Positions 39,099 to 49,097 are shown, counted from the stretch's first letter. The stretch is 64,000 bases of DNA from an uncultured Thermoleophilia bacterium (GCA_963709635.1 CAVPXA010000023.1:20602-84601), one strand, 5' to 3'. Translations and numbers: made by a program. The notes: generated from the letters alone by a model not told the origin.

Positions 39099-40094
39099 AT
39101 GACCTCGCACCGCCGCCGCACGCGCGTCCCGCTCGCCTTGCTCGCCGTACTCGTCCTCGCTGCCCTGCTCGTCGCCGCCTGCTCCGCGCAGGCGTCCGGC
39201 GGATCCCTGGGCAGTCCGGCCGGATCCGGCGACGGCTCGAGCGCGAGCGCCTCCGGCGCGGCCGGCGACGGCGCCGCCGACGCCAAGGGAGGGGAGGTCA
39301 GCGACTGGGACCGCGTGCGCGCCGCTCTCGCGTACATGCGCGCAGAAGCGCCCACCAAGCCGGTCGTCGTCCTGCTCGGCGGCTCGGCGGCTCGCGAGTC
39401 GACCATCAGCGACTCGAGCTGGCGCAGCCAGATCGTCGCTGCGGGCGGCCCCGAGACCCTCGCCTGGAACATGGGCTCGCACAACCGGACCATGGCCCAG
39501 AACCTGGCGATCGTGAAGAAGCTCCCGAAGGTGCCGACCATCATCTGCGTCGGCGTCAATCTGGGCTCGTTCACCTCACCGCAGAAGTCCGCCACCATCT
39601 CCCTGCCCTCGTCGGCCCCCGGCGCAGGTGAGATCACCCTGCAGCAGCCGCACTCCTACTCGGCGTCGAAGATCCTCAGCACGACGAAGAAGAAGGCGCT
39701 CGTCCGGCAGTGGCTAGCCGATCGGTACCCCGTCTACAAGGCGAACTTCAGCAACAACGCCGCCCTCCTGGAGAAGCTCATCCAGGCGTGCGCCGCGGTC
39801 AACGACGAGAGCGGCAAGCGCCTGTTCCGGCCCGTGCTGCTCGAGCTGCCGCGGAACTCCGCGGTCATCGGCAGCTCTCTGAACGCCCCCGCCGCCAAGT
39901 ACCGCGACAAGTGCAAGCAGCTCGCAGCGAAGTACAAGATCAAGTGGGTGCCGCAGCTTGCGAGCGTCCCCAACTCCGACTTCTACGACCTCTGGCACCT
40001 GGTGGAGCCGGGCCGCAAGGTGTGGCAGGGCAAGCTGAGCGCCAAGACGGCGGCCCTGCTCGAGCTGTACGGGTTCGATGGCGGCGGCTCGTAA
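39099..40094 (+). CDS. secreted lipoprotein, SGNH-like fold (paralog A)
   Basis: ATG 39099 is preceded by GGAGGGAAG. Lipobox LLVAAC. Candidate SGNH blocks are VVLLGGSAARES, GVNLGS and DLWHLVEPGR. About 40% identical by eye to the next gene. Confidence 0.65.
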   Translation: MTSHRRRTRVPLALLAVLVLAALLVAACSAQASGGSLGSPAGSGDGSSASASGAAGDGAADAKGGEVSDWDRVRAALAYMRAEAPTKPVVVLLGGSAARESTISDSSWRSQIVAAGGPETLAWNMGSHNRTMAQNLAIVKKLPKVPTIICVGVNLGSFTSPQKSATISLPSSAPGAGEITLQQPHSYSASKILSTTKKKALVRQWLADRYPVYKANFSNNAALLEKLIQACAAVNDESGKRLFRPVLLELPRNSAVIGSSLNAPAAKYRDKCKQLAAKYKIKWVPQLASVPNSDFYDLWHLVEPGRKVWQGKLSAKTAALLELYGFDGGGS

Positions 40095-41157
40095 GGCACT
40101 CCGCAACCGCGGCGTCCGCGTCGTGGCCAGGCTGCTGCTCATCGTCCTCCTGGCCGCCGGCCTGGCGGGGCTCACGCTCATCGCCGCTCCTGCGCGCGCC
40201 GGTGACGACGGCGCGCCGGTCGTGGCCGCCCTCGGCGCGGACCCGGCGCCGGCCGCGACCTTCGCCCCGGACCTCATCGCCCCCGTGGGCGAGGAGCTCC
40301 GGGGCAACGACTACGGCCGGGACTGGCAGCACTGCGTCCAGGTCGTCGCCAACCTCCGCGCCAAACGCCCCAAGGTGCCCCTGGTCGTGCTGCTCGGCGG
40401 GTCCTCGACGCGCGAGGCCACCGTGCTGGACGATGACTGGGAGCGGCAGATCGCGCGGCGCAGTGACTACGTGGTCGACGCCTACAACCTCGGCTCCAAG
40501 CACCGTTCCTACGCTCAGGACCTGGAGTTCGTCAAGCTCCTGCCGGCCAAGGTGCCGACCATCGTCTACATCGGCGTGAACCTCGGCCGCTTCTGCCTTC
40601 CGGTCCGGCCGGCGAACATCACCCTGCCTCACCCCAAAGCGCTGCGGAACTACACGCAGCACGTCTACCACGAGAACGACATCCAGAGCCGGTCCGCCAA
40701 GCGCTACTACGTCTCGTACTGGCTCTCGGCGCGCTACCCGGAGTTCCAGGCCAACGTCTCCAGCGAGCTCGGCGTGCTCGAGGAGATCATCCGCACCTGC
40801 AAGCGGCGCCACCTGCGTGTCGCGCTGGTCGACCTCCCGCGCGACCTCCCCGTGATCGGCTCGTCGTTCGCGGGGCCCGTGTCCCGGTACCACGCCGGCT
40901 GCTCCGCCCTCGCCCGGCGCTACGACATCCCCTGGCTGCACTTCAACGCCGCGGCGGGGTTCAAGGACCGCGACTTCTTCGACATCTTCCACCTCGTGGA
41001 GCCGGGCCGGGTCAAGTACCAGAGCATCCTCTCGGACAAGACCATCCTGCTGCTGAAGAAGTACCGCATGCCCAAGCCGCAGCCGCCTTCGCCGAGCCCG
41101 TCCCCGAGCCCGTCGGAGTCGCCGTCGCAGTCGGCCTCGCCGATGCAGTCGCACTGA
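40078..41157 (+). CDS. secreted protein, SGNH-like fold (paralog B) with C-terminal SP-repeat tail
   Basis: Overlaps paralog A by 17 nt. Has a signal peptide. Candidate SGNH blocks are VVLLGGSSTREA, GVNLGR and DIFHLVEPGR. Tail is PKPQPPSPSPSPSPSESPSQSASP. Confidence 0.65.
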   Translation: MAAARKALRNRGVRVVARLLLIVLLAAGLAGLTLIAAPARAGDDGAPVVAALGADPAPAATFAPDLIAPVGEELRGNDYGRDWQHCVQVVANLRAKRPKVPLVVLLGGSSTREATVLDDDWERQIARRSDYVVDAYNLGSKHRSYAQDLEFVKLLPAKVPTIVYIGVNLGRFCLPVRPANITLPHPKALRNYTQHVYHENDIQSRSAKRYYVSYWLSARYPEFQANVSSELGVLEEIIRTCKRRHLRVALVDLPRDLPVIGSSFAGPVSRYHAGCSALARRYDIPWLHFNAAAGFKDRDFFDIFHLVEPGRVKYQSILSDKTILLLKKYRMPKPQPPSPSPSPSPSESPSQSASPMQSH

Positions 41158-41170
41158 CGCCCTCCGGTCC

Positions 41171-41731
41171 ATGTCGACGCTGACCCTCCTCGGCATCGCC
41201 CTCGGCCTCGCCATGGACGCCTTCGCCGTGGCCATCGGTGCGGGGCTGCAGCTCTGCGGCGCCACCCCGCGCCAGGTCTTCCGGCTCGCCTGGCACTTCG
41301 GCCTGTTCCAGGCGCTGATGCCCATCATCGGCTGGCTCGCCGGCCGCACGGTGTCCGAGTACATCGAACCCGTGGACCACTGGATCGCGTTCGGCCTGCT
41401 CGCCTTCATCGGCGGCAAGATGATCTACGAGGCGTTCCAGCATGACGAGGAAGCTGAGGTCTGCGACCCCACCAAGGGCTGGCGGATGGTCATGCTCTCC
41501 GTCGCCACCAGCATCGACGCCCTGGCCGTCGGCCTCTCCCTGGCGCTGCTGGGCACCAGCATCTGGTGGCCGGCGCTCGTCATCGGCGTCGTCGCCGGCG
41601 TCATGACCATCATCGGCATGGAGCTCGGCAAGCGCTTCGGCGGGCTGCTCGGGCGCCGCATGGAGGTCGTCGGCGGCCTCATCCTCATCGCGATCGGCGT
41701 CAAGATCCTCGTCGAGCATCTCACAGGGTAA
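41171..41731 (+). CDS. mntP: manganese efflux pump MntP
   Basis: Intact 186-aa ORF with two DUF204 repeats (LAMDAFAVAIGAG, SIDALAVGLSLA). Only 13 nt from the upstream stop. Confidence 0.85.
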   Translation: MSTLTLLGIALGLAMDAFAVAIGAGLQLCGATPRQVFRLAWHFGLFQALMPIIGWLAGRTVSEYIEPVDHWIAFGLLAFIGGKMIYEAFQHDEEAEVCDPTKGWRMVMLSVATSIDALAVGLSLALLGTSIWWPALVIGVVAGVMTIIGMELGKRFGGLLGRRMEVVGGLILIAIGVKILVEHLTG

Positions 41732-41757
41732 GGCGCTCACGGGATAAGCTGACGCGC

Positions 41758-42981
41758 ATGCCTCTTCCCAAGCTCGAGTCCTACCGCGTCACCACGACGC
41801 TGAGCGCCAAACTGCGGCTGGTCACGCTCCTGGCGGTGACTGCCGTGGTCTTTGTGCACGCCTACAACATGTCCAGCCGCTTCGGCCCCGGCGAGAACGC
41901 CGCCGAGTTGCGTGGCGAGGCCGACGTGGTCGGGTTCGTCCAGTACCTCATCTCGCAGGCGCTCACGCGGTGGCCGGCGGCCATGCTCTTCGCCATCTCC
42001 GGCTTCCTCTTCTTCCACAACCTGCAGCCGGTCTGGTCCGACTACAGGCGCAAGTACGCCGGCCGGCTGCGCACCGTCGTCGTGCCGTTCCTGCTGTGGA
42101 GCGCCGTCAGCCTGGTCATCTACCTTGTCCTCCAGGCCCTACCCTGGTCCTCCGCCTACTTCACCCGCGACTTCCTCGGCGAGGTCAGCGTGGCCCGCCT
42201 CGCCGACAAGTTGCTGCTCCACCCGGTGGCGTATCCGCTCTGGTTCCTGCAGACGCTCATCGTGTGCTTCGCGATCGCACCCCTGCTGTACTGGCCGGCT
42301 CGCGCCCTCCGCTGGCTCACCCTCCTGCCGTTCGCCCTGCTCTGGTTCCTGGGCACTCCGGCCAGCAACTGGAACGACTGGAAGGGGCTCACGTTCTTCA
42401 CCCTCGGAGCCTTGGTCGCGCTGGAGCGGCGGCGCGGTGTCACGCTCACGCCGCCGGCCTGGGTGGGCAGGCTCGTGTTCCCCGCCTGGATCCTCGCCTG
42501 CGTCCTCTACACCGCCTTCCTCCGCGAGATCTCGACGCCCTGGACGCACGGCCTGCACAAGGCGCTCATGTGCATGGCCATGGCGGCCGTCTGGTTCGGG
42601 TACGAGACGTACCTCAAGCCGCTCGAGGGCAGGAGGCTCGTCGTGCTGCTCCTGCCGTTCAGCTTCTTCATCTTCGCCGCCCAGGAGCCGCTGCTCACGA
42701 TCCTCAAGCGGATCGGGCTGCACGAGCTCGGGCCGGGCGACGCGGCGATGCTCACGGTGTACTTCGGCTCCGCGATCCTGACCGTGGTGATCGTGGTGGC
42801 CGTAGGCGCGGCCGTCCGCCGCTACCTGCCGACGCCGTACGCCTGGCTCACGGGCGGGCGCGGCGGCCGAAGAGCCCGCCGCGCCGCGCAGGCGGCGTCG
42901 CAGGACGCCGCCGCCGCCGAGGCCACCGACGTCCTCGGGGAGCCCGCCGTGTCCGAGGTGGGAGCGCCGGCCGAGCGCTGA
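41758..42981 (+). CDS. acyltransferase family 3 (O-acyltransferase) membrane protein
   Basis: Intact from ATG 41758. About 10 TM helices. AT3-like N-terminus (LVTLLAVTAVVFVHAYN...LFAISGFLFF). Confidence 0.75.
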   Translation: MPLPKLESYRVTTTLSAKLRLVTLLAVTAVVFVHAYNMSSRFGPGENAAELRGEADVVGFVQYLISQALTRWPAAMLFAISGFLFFHNLQPVWSDYRRKYAGRLRTVVVPFLLWSAVSLVIYLVLQALPWSSAYFTRDFLGEVSVARLADKLLLHPVAYPLWFLQTLIVCFAIAPLLYWPARALRWLTLLPFALLWFLGTPASNWNDWKGLTFFTLGALVALERRRGVTLTPPAWVGRLVFPAWILACVLYTAFLREISTPWTHGLHKALMCMAMAAVWFGYETYLKPLEGRRLVVLLLPFSFFIFAAQEPLLTILKRIGLHELGPGDAAMLTVYFGSAILTVVIVVAVGAAVRRYLPTPYAWLTGGRGGRRARRAAQAASQDAAAAEATDVLGEPAVSEVGAPAER

Positions 42982-43015
42982 TCAGCCGGCCGAGCCCGGA
43001 TCCGCCGGCCGCGCC

Positions 43016-43486
43016 TCAGGTGTGGCAGCTGAAGCCGGCGTGCTTCTCGAAGTACTTCTGGTGGTACTCCTCCGCACGCCACCAGGCGCCGGCGGGTTCT
43101 ACCAGCGTCACGATCTTCTTCTTGAACACGCCGCTCTCGGTGAGCTGCTCGATGGCGGCGCGAGCCGCCTTCTCCTGCGCCTCATCGTGGAAGAACACGG
43201 CCGACCGGTACTGGCTGCCGAAGTCCGGACCTTGCCGGTTCCACTGCGTGGGATCGTGCATGCCGAAGAAGGCGGCGAGGAGTTCCTCGAAGCTGACCCG
43301 CTCGGGGTCGTACTCGAGCCGGACCGCCTCCGCGTGACCGGTCTTGTTGGAGCACACTTCGTTGTACGTGGGGTCCGCGGTGGCGCCCCCCGTGTAGCCG
43401 ACCTCAGTACTGGTGACGCCGGGCAGAGCGGCGAAGCGCTGCTCCACGCCCCAGAAGCAGCCGGCGGCGAAGGTGGCGGTAGCCAT
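43016..43486 (-). CDS. msrA: peptide-methionine (S)-S-oxide reductase
   Basis: [18 protein letters not shown]...GYTGG...GHAEAV...QYRSAVFF...EEYHQKYF. Confidence 0.9.
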   Translation of the reverse strand: MATATFAAGCFWGVEQRFAALPGVTSTEVGYTGGATADPTYNEVCSNKTGHAEAVRLEYDPERVSFEELLAAFFGMHDPTQWNRQGPDFGSQYRSAVFFHDEAQEKAARAAIEQLTESGVFKKKIVTLVEPAGAWWRAEEYHQKYFEKHAGFSCHT

Positions 43487-43601
43487 GGGTCCGTCCTGTC
43501 GTCGGTGGTGGCGCGCGCCGCTCCCGGCGGCGCGCCCTGCACCCCGACTGTTCCCCGCCCGGGCCGCGGGCACGCCCGGGCGCGGCGCGGAGGGAGGCGG
43601 G

Positions 43602-45155
43602 TCAGACCCGCTGCTGCTCGGGCTCGGCGACCCGGGGCGAAGGGGCCGGGCGCGGCGCAGATGCGGCGGGGCGCGGCGCAGATGCGGCGGGGCGCGGCGC
43701 AGATGCGGCGGGGCGCGGCGCCTGGGCGACCGGACGCGGCTGCTGCCTGCTGAGATCGCGCAGCCGCCGGCGCTGGGCGCGGTTCTTGGCGGCCGTCCAC
43801 CAGGTGCGTGAGTAGTACCAGAGCCAGCCGTACTCGAGCATGCGGTCCCAGAACGCCTGCTTGCGCTCGGCGGCCCTCTTCTTGCTCGTCCACAACCACT
43901 TGTGCCACTGCCACACCGGCCGCCAGGTGGCGTAGAAGCGCTTGTTGGCCTTGATCGTCTCCTGCAGCAGGTGCAGGGCGGTCATCTGCTTGGGTTGGAA
44001 CACCACATGCTGAGCGTCGTAGAACGACCAGTCGTGCTCGATGATGCGACCCTCGTCCTCCAGCTCCTGGAACTGCTGCGTGCCCGGCAGCGGAGTGAGG
44101 ATGTTGAGCATCACCGTGTCGATCTTGTTCCTCTGCGCGAACTTGACCGTCTCGCGCATGGCGTCCGGCGTGTCGTGGTCGGCGCCCAGCACGAACATGC
44201 CGTGGGCGCGGATGCCGTAGTCGTGGAGCACCTTGATGGCGTGCTCGATGTCGCCCACGGTCTGCGACTTCTCGAAGCCGTCAAGCGTCGCCTGGTTGAC
44301 GGACTCGAGGCCGAGAGCGACGAAGTCGCACTTCGAGGCCCGCATGAGCTCCATCAGCTCCGGGTCGCGCACGACGTCGGTGCGCACCTGCGCACCCCAC
44401 GGCACGGTGACGCCCTCGTCGATCATGAGCTGCAGCAGCCGCTTGAGACGCTTGCGGTTGGCGGCCATGTTGTCGTCGTAGAAGAAGATGCGCTCGGGGT
44501 TCTTCTGCTTGATCTCCTCCACGACGCTCTCGGCGCTGCGGAAGCGGTACTTCTTGCCGAACATCGCCGTCACGGAGCAGAACGTGCAGTCGAACGGGCA
44601 GCCCCAGCTGGTCATGATGGGCGTGTTGGTGATGCGCTCCCACCCGTCGACCAGGGTCAGGTCGGGGAAGGGGAGCAGGTCGAGGTCGGGACAGCGGTCG
44701 TGCAGTGGCGCGTGCACGACCTGGCCGTCGTCGCCCCGGTACGAGATGCCCGTGATGGTGGTGAGCTCGCGCTTGCCCTCGAGGGCCTCCGCGAGCTCCG
44801 CCATGATGATCTCGCCCGCCTCGCCGCGCGCTACGTAGTCGGCGTGCTGCAGCGCCTCGTCCGCCATGAAGGTGACGTGCGAACCGCCGATGATGACGGG
44901 GATGCCGCGACCGCGCAGGTCGTCGGCGATCTGGTAGGCCTCGGGGATCGTGGAGGTGGTGCTGGAGAGGCCGACGAGGTCGGAGGAGTACACGTCGGCC
45001 CAGTCGATGGGCGCGAGCTGCGGGTTGAAGATGCGCACGTCGTGCCCGGCCTCCACCAGCGCCGCGCCGATCATCGGCAGGCCGAGGCGCACGAAGTACG
45101 ACTTGGACCACAGATGGCGGCTGGGAGAAATGGGCTCGATCAGGCGAATCTTCAT
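43602..45155 (-). CDS. B12-binding domain radical SAM protein with Trp-rich C-terminal region and PRPAASA repeat tail
   Basis: ATG 45155. Cobalamin-binding N-domain (DLVGLSSTT...PVIIGGSH). Radical SAM motif CPFDCTFC. Trp-rich region [13 protein letters not shown]...[11 protein letters not shown]. The C-terminus carries 3.5 PRPAASA heptads. Confidence 0.85.
   Translation of the reverse strand: MKIRLIEPISPSRHLWSKSYFVRLGLPMIGAALVEAGHDVRIFNPQLAPIDWADVYSSDLVGLSSTTSTIPEAYQIADDLRGRGIPVIIGGSHVTFMADEALQHADYVARGEAGEIIMAELAEALEGKRELTTITGISYRGDDGQVVHAPLHDRCPDLDLLPFPDLTLVDGWERITNTPIMTSWGCPFDCTFCSVTAMFGKKYRFRSAESVVEEIKQKNPERIFFYDDNMAANRKRLKRLLQLMIDEGVTVPWGAQVRTDVVRDPELMELMRASKCDFVALGLESVNQATLDGFEKSQTVGDIEHAIKVLHDYGIRAHGMFVLGADHDTPDAMRETVKFAQRNKIDTVMLNILTPLPGTQQFQELEDEGRIIEHDWSFYDAQHVVFQPKQMTALHLLQETIKANKRFYATWRPVWQWHKWLWTSKKRAAERKQAFWDRMLEYGWLWYYSRTWWTAAKNRAQRRRLRDLSRQQPRPVAQAPRPAASAPRPAASAPRPAASAPRPAPSPRVAEPEQQRV
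43650..43722. repeat. 21-bp perfect tandem repeat, 3.5 copies, inside the radical SAM CDS
   Basis: GCGCGGCGCAGATGCGGCGGG occurs at 43650-43670, 43671-43691 and 43692-43712, plus a partial copy to 43722. The copies are contiguous, with no spacers. Confidence 0.9.
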
Positions 45156-45288
45156 ACGGCGTGAGTCCTTAGGCGAGGATGGTCCATCAGGGGATGCTAC
45201 CGAGTCTGGACCAATTGTGGCAAAGAGCAACCTCACCAGCATACAGGACAGATTCAGTCCTGTCTCGCGCGTCTGTTAGCCTTGCCCC

Positions 45289-46422
45289 ATGGACGCCGCC
45301 TTCTTCGACACCCCCATCGAGCGCCGCGGCACGGCCAGCTTCAAGTGGGACCTGTACGGCGCCGACGAGCTGCCGCTGTGGGTCGCCGACATGGACTTCG
45401 CCTCGCCGCCGCCGGTGGTCGAGGCGCTCGAGGAGCGGGCGGCGCACGGCGTGTTCGGCTACGCGCTGACGACGTGCTCGCTCGTGGAGGCGATCGCGGC
45501 GCACTTCGAGCAGCGCTACGGCTGGCGCGTCGAGGAGGACTGGATCGTCTGGCTGCCGAGCGTCGTGCCGGGGCTGAACCTCGCCTGCGAGGCGTTCGCC
45601 GGGCCGGGCGAGGCTGTGATGACGATCACGCCCGTCTACCCGCCGTTCCTGGCGGCTCCGGCCAACCGCGACCGGCGCCTCATCACGGTGCCGGCCGAGC
45701 TCCGGGACGGACGCTGGGAGCTGCCGCTCGACGGCATGGAAGCGGCGGTCACGCCCGAGACGCGCGCGCTCCTCTTCTGCCACCCGCACAACCCGCTCGG
45801 GCGCGTGTGGAGACGTGACGAGCTCGAGGCGGTACTGGACTTCTGCCGCCGGCACGACCTCGTCCTCGTGAGCGACGAGATCCACTGCGACCTGATCCTC
45901 GACGACCTCGCGCATGTACCGGCGGCGCTGGCCGGTCCCGGTGACGCGGAGAGGATCGTCACCCTCTCGTCGCCGAGCAAGACGTTCAACCTCCCCGGCC
46001 TCAACTTCGCCTTCGCGGTGGTCGCCGACAAGGCGCTGCGGCGCCGGTTCGTGCACCCGGGCGAGGGGCTCCTGCCGTTCCCCGGCTGCTTCGCCGTCGC
46101 CGCCGCCGAGGCCGCCTACCGCGAGGGTGGGGAGTGGCACCGCGGACTGCTCGACTACCTGCGCGGCAACCGCGACACGCTCGAGACGTTCGTCGCCGGG
46201 CTGCCGCGCGTGCGCATGACGCACGTCGAGGCGACCTACCTCGCCTGGCTCGACGTGCGCGACCTGGGGCTCGAGGACCCGGCGGCGGCGTGCCGCTCCG
46301 CCGGGGTGGCGCTCTCGGCCGGGGCCGCCTTCGGCGACCCGGCCTACCTCCGCCTCAACTTCGGCTGCCCGCGCGCGACGCTCGACGAGGCGCTCCGCCG
46401 CCTCGAGCCCGCTCTCCGCTGA
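45289..46422 (+). CDS. MalY/PatB-type PLP-dependent C-S lyase (class I/II aminotransferase fold)
   Basis: Intact 377-aa ORF. Motifs: FKWDLYGADELPLWVADMDF, HPHNPLGRVW, SSPSKTFNLPGL. Confidence 0.85.
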   Translation: MDAAFFDTPIERRGTASFKWDLYGADELPLWVADMDFASPPPVVEALEERAAHGVFGYALTTCSLVEAIAAHFEQRYGWRVEEDWIVWLPSVVPGLNLACEAFAGPGEAVMTITPVYPPFLAAPANRDRRLITVPAELRDGRWELPLDGMEAAVTPETRALLFCHPHNPLGRVWRRDELEAVLDFCRRHDLVLVSDEIHCDLILDDLAHVPAALAGPGDAERIVTLSSPSKTFNLPGLNFAFAVVADKALRRRFVHPGEGLLPFPGCFAVAAAEAAYREGGEWHRGLLDYLRGNRDTLETFVAGLPRVRMTHVEATYLAWLDVRDLGLEDPAAACRSAGVALSAGAAFGDPAYLRLNFGCPRATLDEALRRLEPALR

Positions 46423-46484
46423 CGCCGCTCGGCCCGGGGCCGCCGGAGCGCGTTGAGCCGGGGCTGCTGGTAGACTGCCCAGCC

Positions 46485-47822
46485 ATGAGCAGCCCTCACG
46501 GAAGCTCCGGTTCAGGCTCCGGCCGAACCTCTCGCCCACCGCAGAGGCGCCGGGTCCGGCGCGCCGACAAGGCGCGCGTCTACCGGCGCCGCCGCCTCTA
46601 CGCCCTCATCGGCGCCATCGTCATCGTCATCGCCCTGGTGCTCCTGGCCTCGTCCCTGCTCAGGGGGTGCGGGTGCGGTGACGACGGATCCGCCGCGACC
46701 GGCGGGTCGTCCGCCGACGCCGGTGGGTCGTCGGACTCCGGCGACAAAGGAGACGGTCAGGGCGGCAACCCGTCCGGCCTCACCCCCTCGCCGAGCCCCA
46801 CCGCCTGGACCGGTCCGCCGTCCTCCTCGCTCAAGCTCGATATGCGCAAGAGCATCGTGAGCCCCGACATCGCCCCGAAGTCGGTGGTCAGCTCCAACAC
46901 CGGCTACGTGTTCGCGCAGAACATGATGTACAAGCACACGATCACGGTCTACGACGCGAAGACGCTGAAGCTGGTCAAGACCATCCAGGACAAGATCAGC
47001 GCCGCGGACTTCCGCATCAAGGGCCACGGCGAGACCATCCAGGGCTCGCCCGTCGAGTGCGCGTTCACGCCGGACGGGCGCTTCGCCTACGTCTCCAACT
47101 ACTCCATGTACGGCGACGGGTTCGTCGAGGGACACGACGCCTGCGCGCCGGGCGGCCAGTCGGACAGCTACGTGTACCGGGTCTCGCTCGCCGACCTCGA
47201 GATCGACAAGGTCATCAAGGTCGGTGAGGTCCCGAAGTACCTCGCCGTCACTCCCGACCAGAAGTACCTGCTCGTCACCAACTGGTGCTCGTACAGCCTC
47301 AGCATCGTCGACATCCACACGAGCAAGGTGGTCGAGACGATCGCCCTCGGCCCGTACCCCCGCGGCATCGCCGTCTCCCCGGACTCCAAGACGGCCTACA
47401 TCGCCGTCATGGGCAGCACGAACATCGCCGTGGTGGACCTCGACGACTTCTCGCTCTCCTGGATCAACGGCGTCGGAGCCGGCCCGCGGCACCTGTGCAT
47501 GGCCGGCAACGGCAAGTACCTCTACGCGACGCTGAACAACGAGGGCAACGTCGCGAAGATCGACCCGAGGAAGCAGACGGTGGTCGACAAGGTCTACACG
47601 GGCGCGCAGCCGCGCAGCATGGACATCGCGCCGGACGGCAAGTCGCTCTTCGTCGTCAACTACGACTCGAGCACGATGAGCCAGGTCCGCACCAGCGACA
47701 TGAAGGTCATCGACAGCGTGAGCACCAACGCGTTGCCCATCGGTATCACGTACAACGCGCCCACCAAGAGCGTGTGGCTCTGCTGCTACACCGGCAGCAT
47801 CATGGTGTTCAAGCAGATCTGA
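46485..47822 (+). CDS. membrane-anchored YncE-like beta-propeller repeat protein
   Basis: ATG 46485. Arg-rich N-terminus plus a TM helix, a Gly/Ser/Asp linker, then repeated propeller blades (YVSNY, LLVTNW, GIAVSPDSKTAYIAV, YLYATLN, LFVVNYDS). Confidence 0.7.
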   Translation: MSSPHGSSGSGSGRTSRPPQRRRVRRADKARVYRRRRLYALIGAIVIVIALVLLASSLLRGCGCGDDGSAATGGSSADAGGSSDSGDKGDGQGGNPSGLTPSPSPTAWTGPPSSSLKLDMRKSIVSPDIAPKSVVSSNTGYVFAQNMMYKHTITVYDAKTLKLVKTIQDKISAADFRIKGHGETIQGSPVECAFTPDGRFAYVSNYSMYGDGFVEGHDACAPGGQSDSYVYRVSLADLEIDKVIKVGEVPKYLAVTPDQKYLLVTNWCSYSLSIVDIHTSKVVETIALGPYPRGIAVSPDSKTAYIAVMGSTNIAVVDLDDFSLSWINGVGAGPRHLCMAGNGKYLYATLNNEGNVAKIDPRKQTVVDKVYTGAQPRSMDIAPDGKSLFVVNYDSSTMSQVRTSDMKVIDSVSTNALPIGITYNAPTKSVWLCCYTGSIMVFKQI

Positions 47823-47832
47823 GGCCGCGAGC

Positions 47833-48522
47833 TCAGGCCGGACGGGCGATGGTCCGCACGCCGGCCGGCGATGCGGCGAGCACGACGTCGGCGCGCCGGC
47901 GGGCGAAGATGCCGTTCTCCACCACGCCGGGGATCGCGTCCAGCTCGGCCTCCAGCCGCTCGGGGTCGTCGAGCGAGAGGCCGACGACGTCCAGGATCGC
48001 GAGGCCGTCGTCGGTGACGTAGCCGGGGCGGATGGCGGCGGCGCCTCCGAGCGCGCGCACGCGCGCGCTCACGAGCGGCGCCGCCATCGGCACGACTGCC
48101 AGCGGGACCGGCGCGCCCTCGGGATGGTCGCCGGTCGGGCCGTCCAGCCTGTCCGTCAGCTTGCTCTCGTCGACGATGCAGACGAAGAGCACGGAGGCGC
48201 TCGCCACCACCTTCTCGCGCACGAGCGCCCCGCCGGCGCCCTTGACGAGCCGCAACTGCGGGTCGACGGCGTCGGCCCCGTCCACGTACACCGCCGGCGA
48301 CGGGGCCTCCTCCAGCCCCACGACCCGGACGCCGGCGGCGCGCAGCGCCGCCGCCGTCGCCTCCGAGCTGGGCACGGCGGCCGCGACCAGCCCCGGTCGC
48401 GCCGCCAGCTGCTCGATGAACAGCGCGGCGGTGCTCCCCGTCCCGACGCCGATGGTCGAACCGGGGGACACATACGCCAGCGCCGCCTCGGCGACGGCAC
48501 GCTTCTGCTGGTCACGGGTCAT
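47833..48522 (-). CDS. rpiA: ribose-5-phosphate isomerase A
   Basis: Intact 229-aa ORF. Motifs: GVGTGSTA, VDGADAVD, KGAGGALVREKV. Confidence 0.9.
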   Translation of the reverse strand: MTRDQQKRAVAEAALAYVSPGSTIGVGTGSTAALFIEQLAARPGLVAAAVPSSEATAAALRAAGVRVVGLEEAPSPAVYVDGADAVDPQLRLVKGAGGALVREKVVASASVLFVCIVDESKLTDRLDGPTGDHPEGAPVPLAVVPMAAPLVSARVRALGGAAAIRPGYVTDDGLAILDVVGLSLDDPERLEAELDAIPGVVENGIFARRRADVVLAASPAGVRTIARPA

Positions 48523-48610
48523 AGACTACTCATGCCCCGGTCGCGGCCGCGCCACCCGTAAGGACCGCATCCGCGCCGGACCAGACCGGCAGGCGCCGGG
48601 AGGAGGAACG

Positions 48611-49084
48611 ATGGAGAGAGTCAACGTGTTCTCGGTCGAGACGAGGCCCGATCCGGACGACCCAAAGGGCTATCGCGCCGGCGGGAGAAGACTCGCGCCG
48701 ATCATCGGCGCGAAGAGCATCGGCGGGAGCGTCTACGACCTCCCGCCCGGAGAGAGCATCTGCCCCTATCACTACGAGTTCGGCACCGAGGAGTGGCTGA
48801 TCGTCCTGCAGGGCAAGCCGGTGCTGCGTCACCCCGAGGGAGACGGCGAGCTGGAGGAGGAGCTGGAGCCGGGCGACACCGCATGCTTCCCGCCCGGCCC
48901 CACCGGAGCGCACAAGGTGACCAACAGGACCGGGGATCCGGTGCGAGTGCTCATGCTGTCCACGATGCCGGAGATCGACATCAGCTACTACCCGGACAGC
49001 GAGAAGTACGGCGTGTGGCCCGCCGCCGGGGAGGGGTTCCTGGTGCGGCGCGCGAGCGGGGTCGACTACTACGACGGCGAGTGA
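48611..49084 (+). CDS. cupin domain protein
   Basis: ATG 48611 is preceded by AGGAGGA. Cupin motifs: PYHYEFGTEEWLIVLQG and GDTACFPPGPTGAHKVTN. Confidence 0.75.
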   Translation: MERVNVFSVETRPDPDDPKGYRAGGRRLAPIIGAKSIGGSVYDLPPGESICPYHYEFGTEEWLIVLQGKPVLRHPEGDGELEEELEPGDTACFPPGPTGAHKVTNRTGDPVRVLMLSTMPEIDISYYPDSEKYGVWPAAGEGFLVRRASGVDYYDGE

Positions 49085-49097
49085 CGGGCGGACTCCG

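Noticed and set aside
41158-41170. yybP-ykoY manganese riboswitch ahead of mntP
   Set aside because: Only 13 nt separate mntP from the upstream stop, which leaves no room for a riboswitch.
43650-43722. CRISPR-like repeat
   Set aside because: The units are contiguous with no spacers and lie inside a CDS, in frame. This is a coding VNTR, not a CRISPR array.
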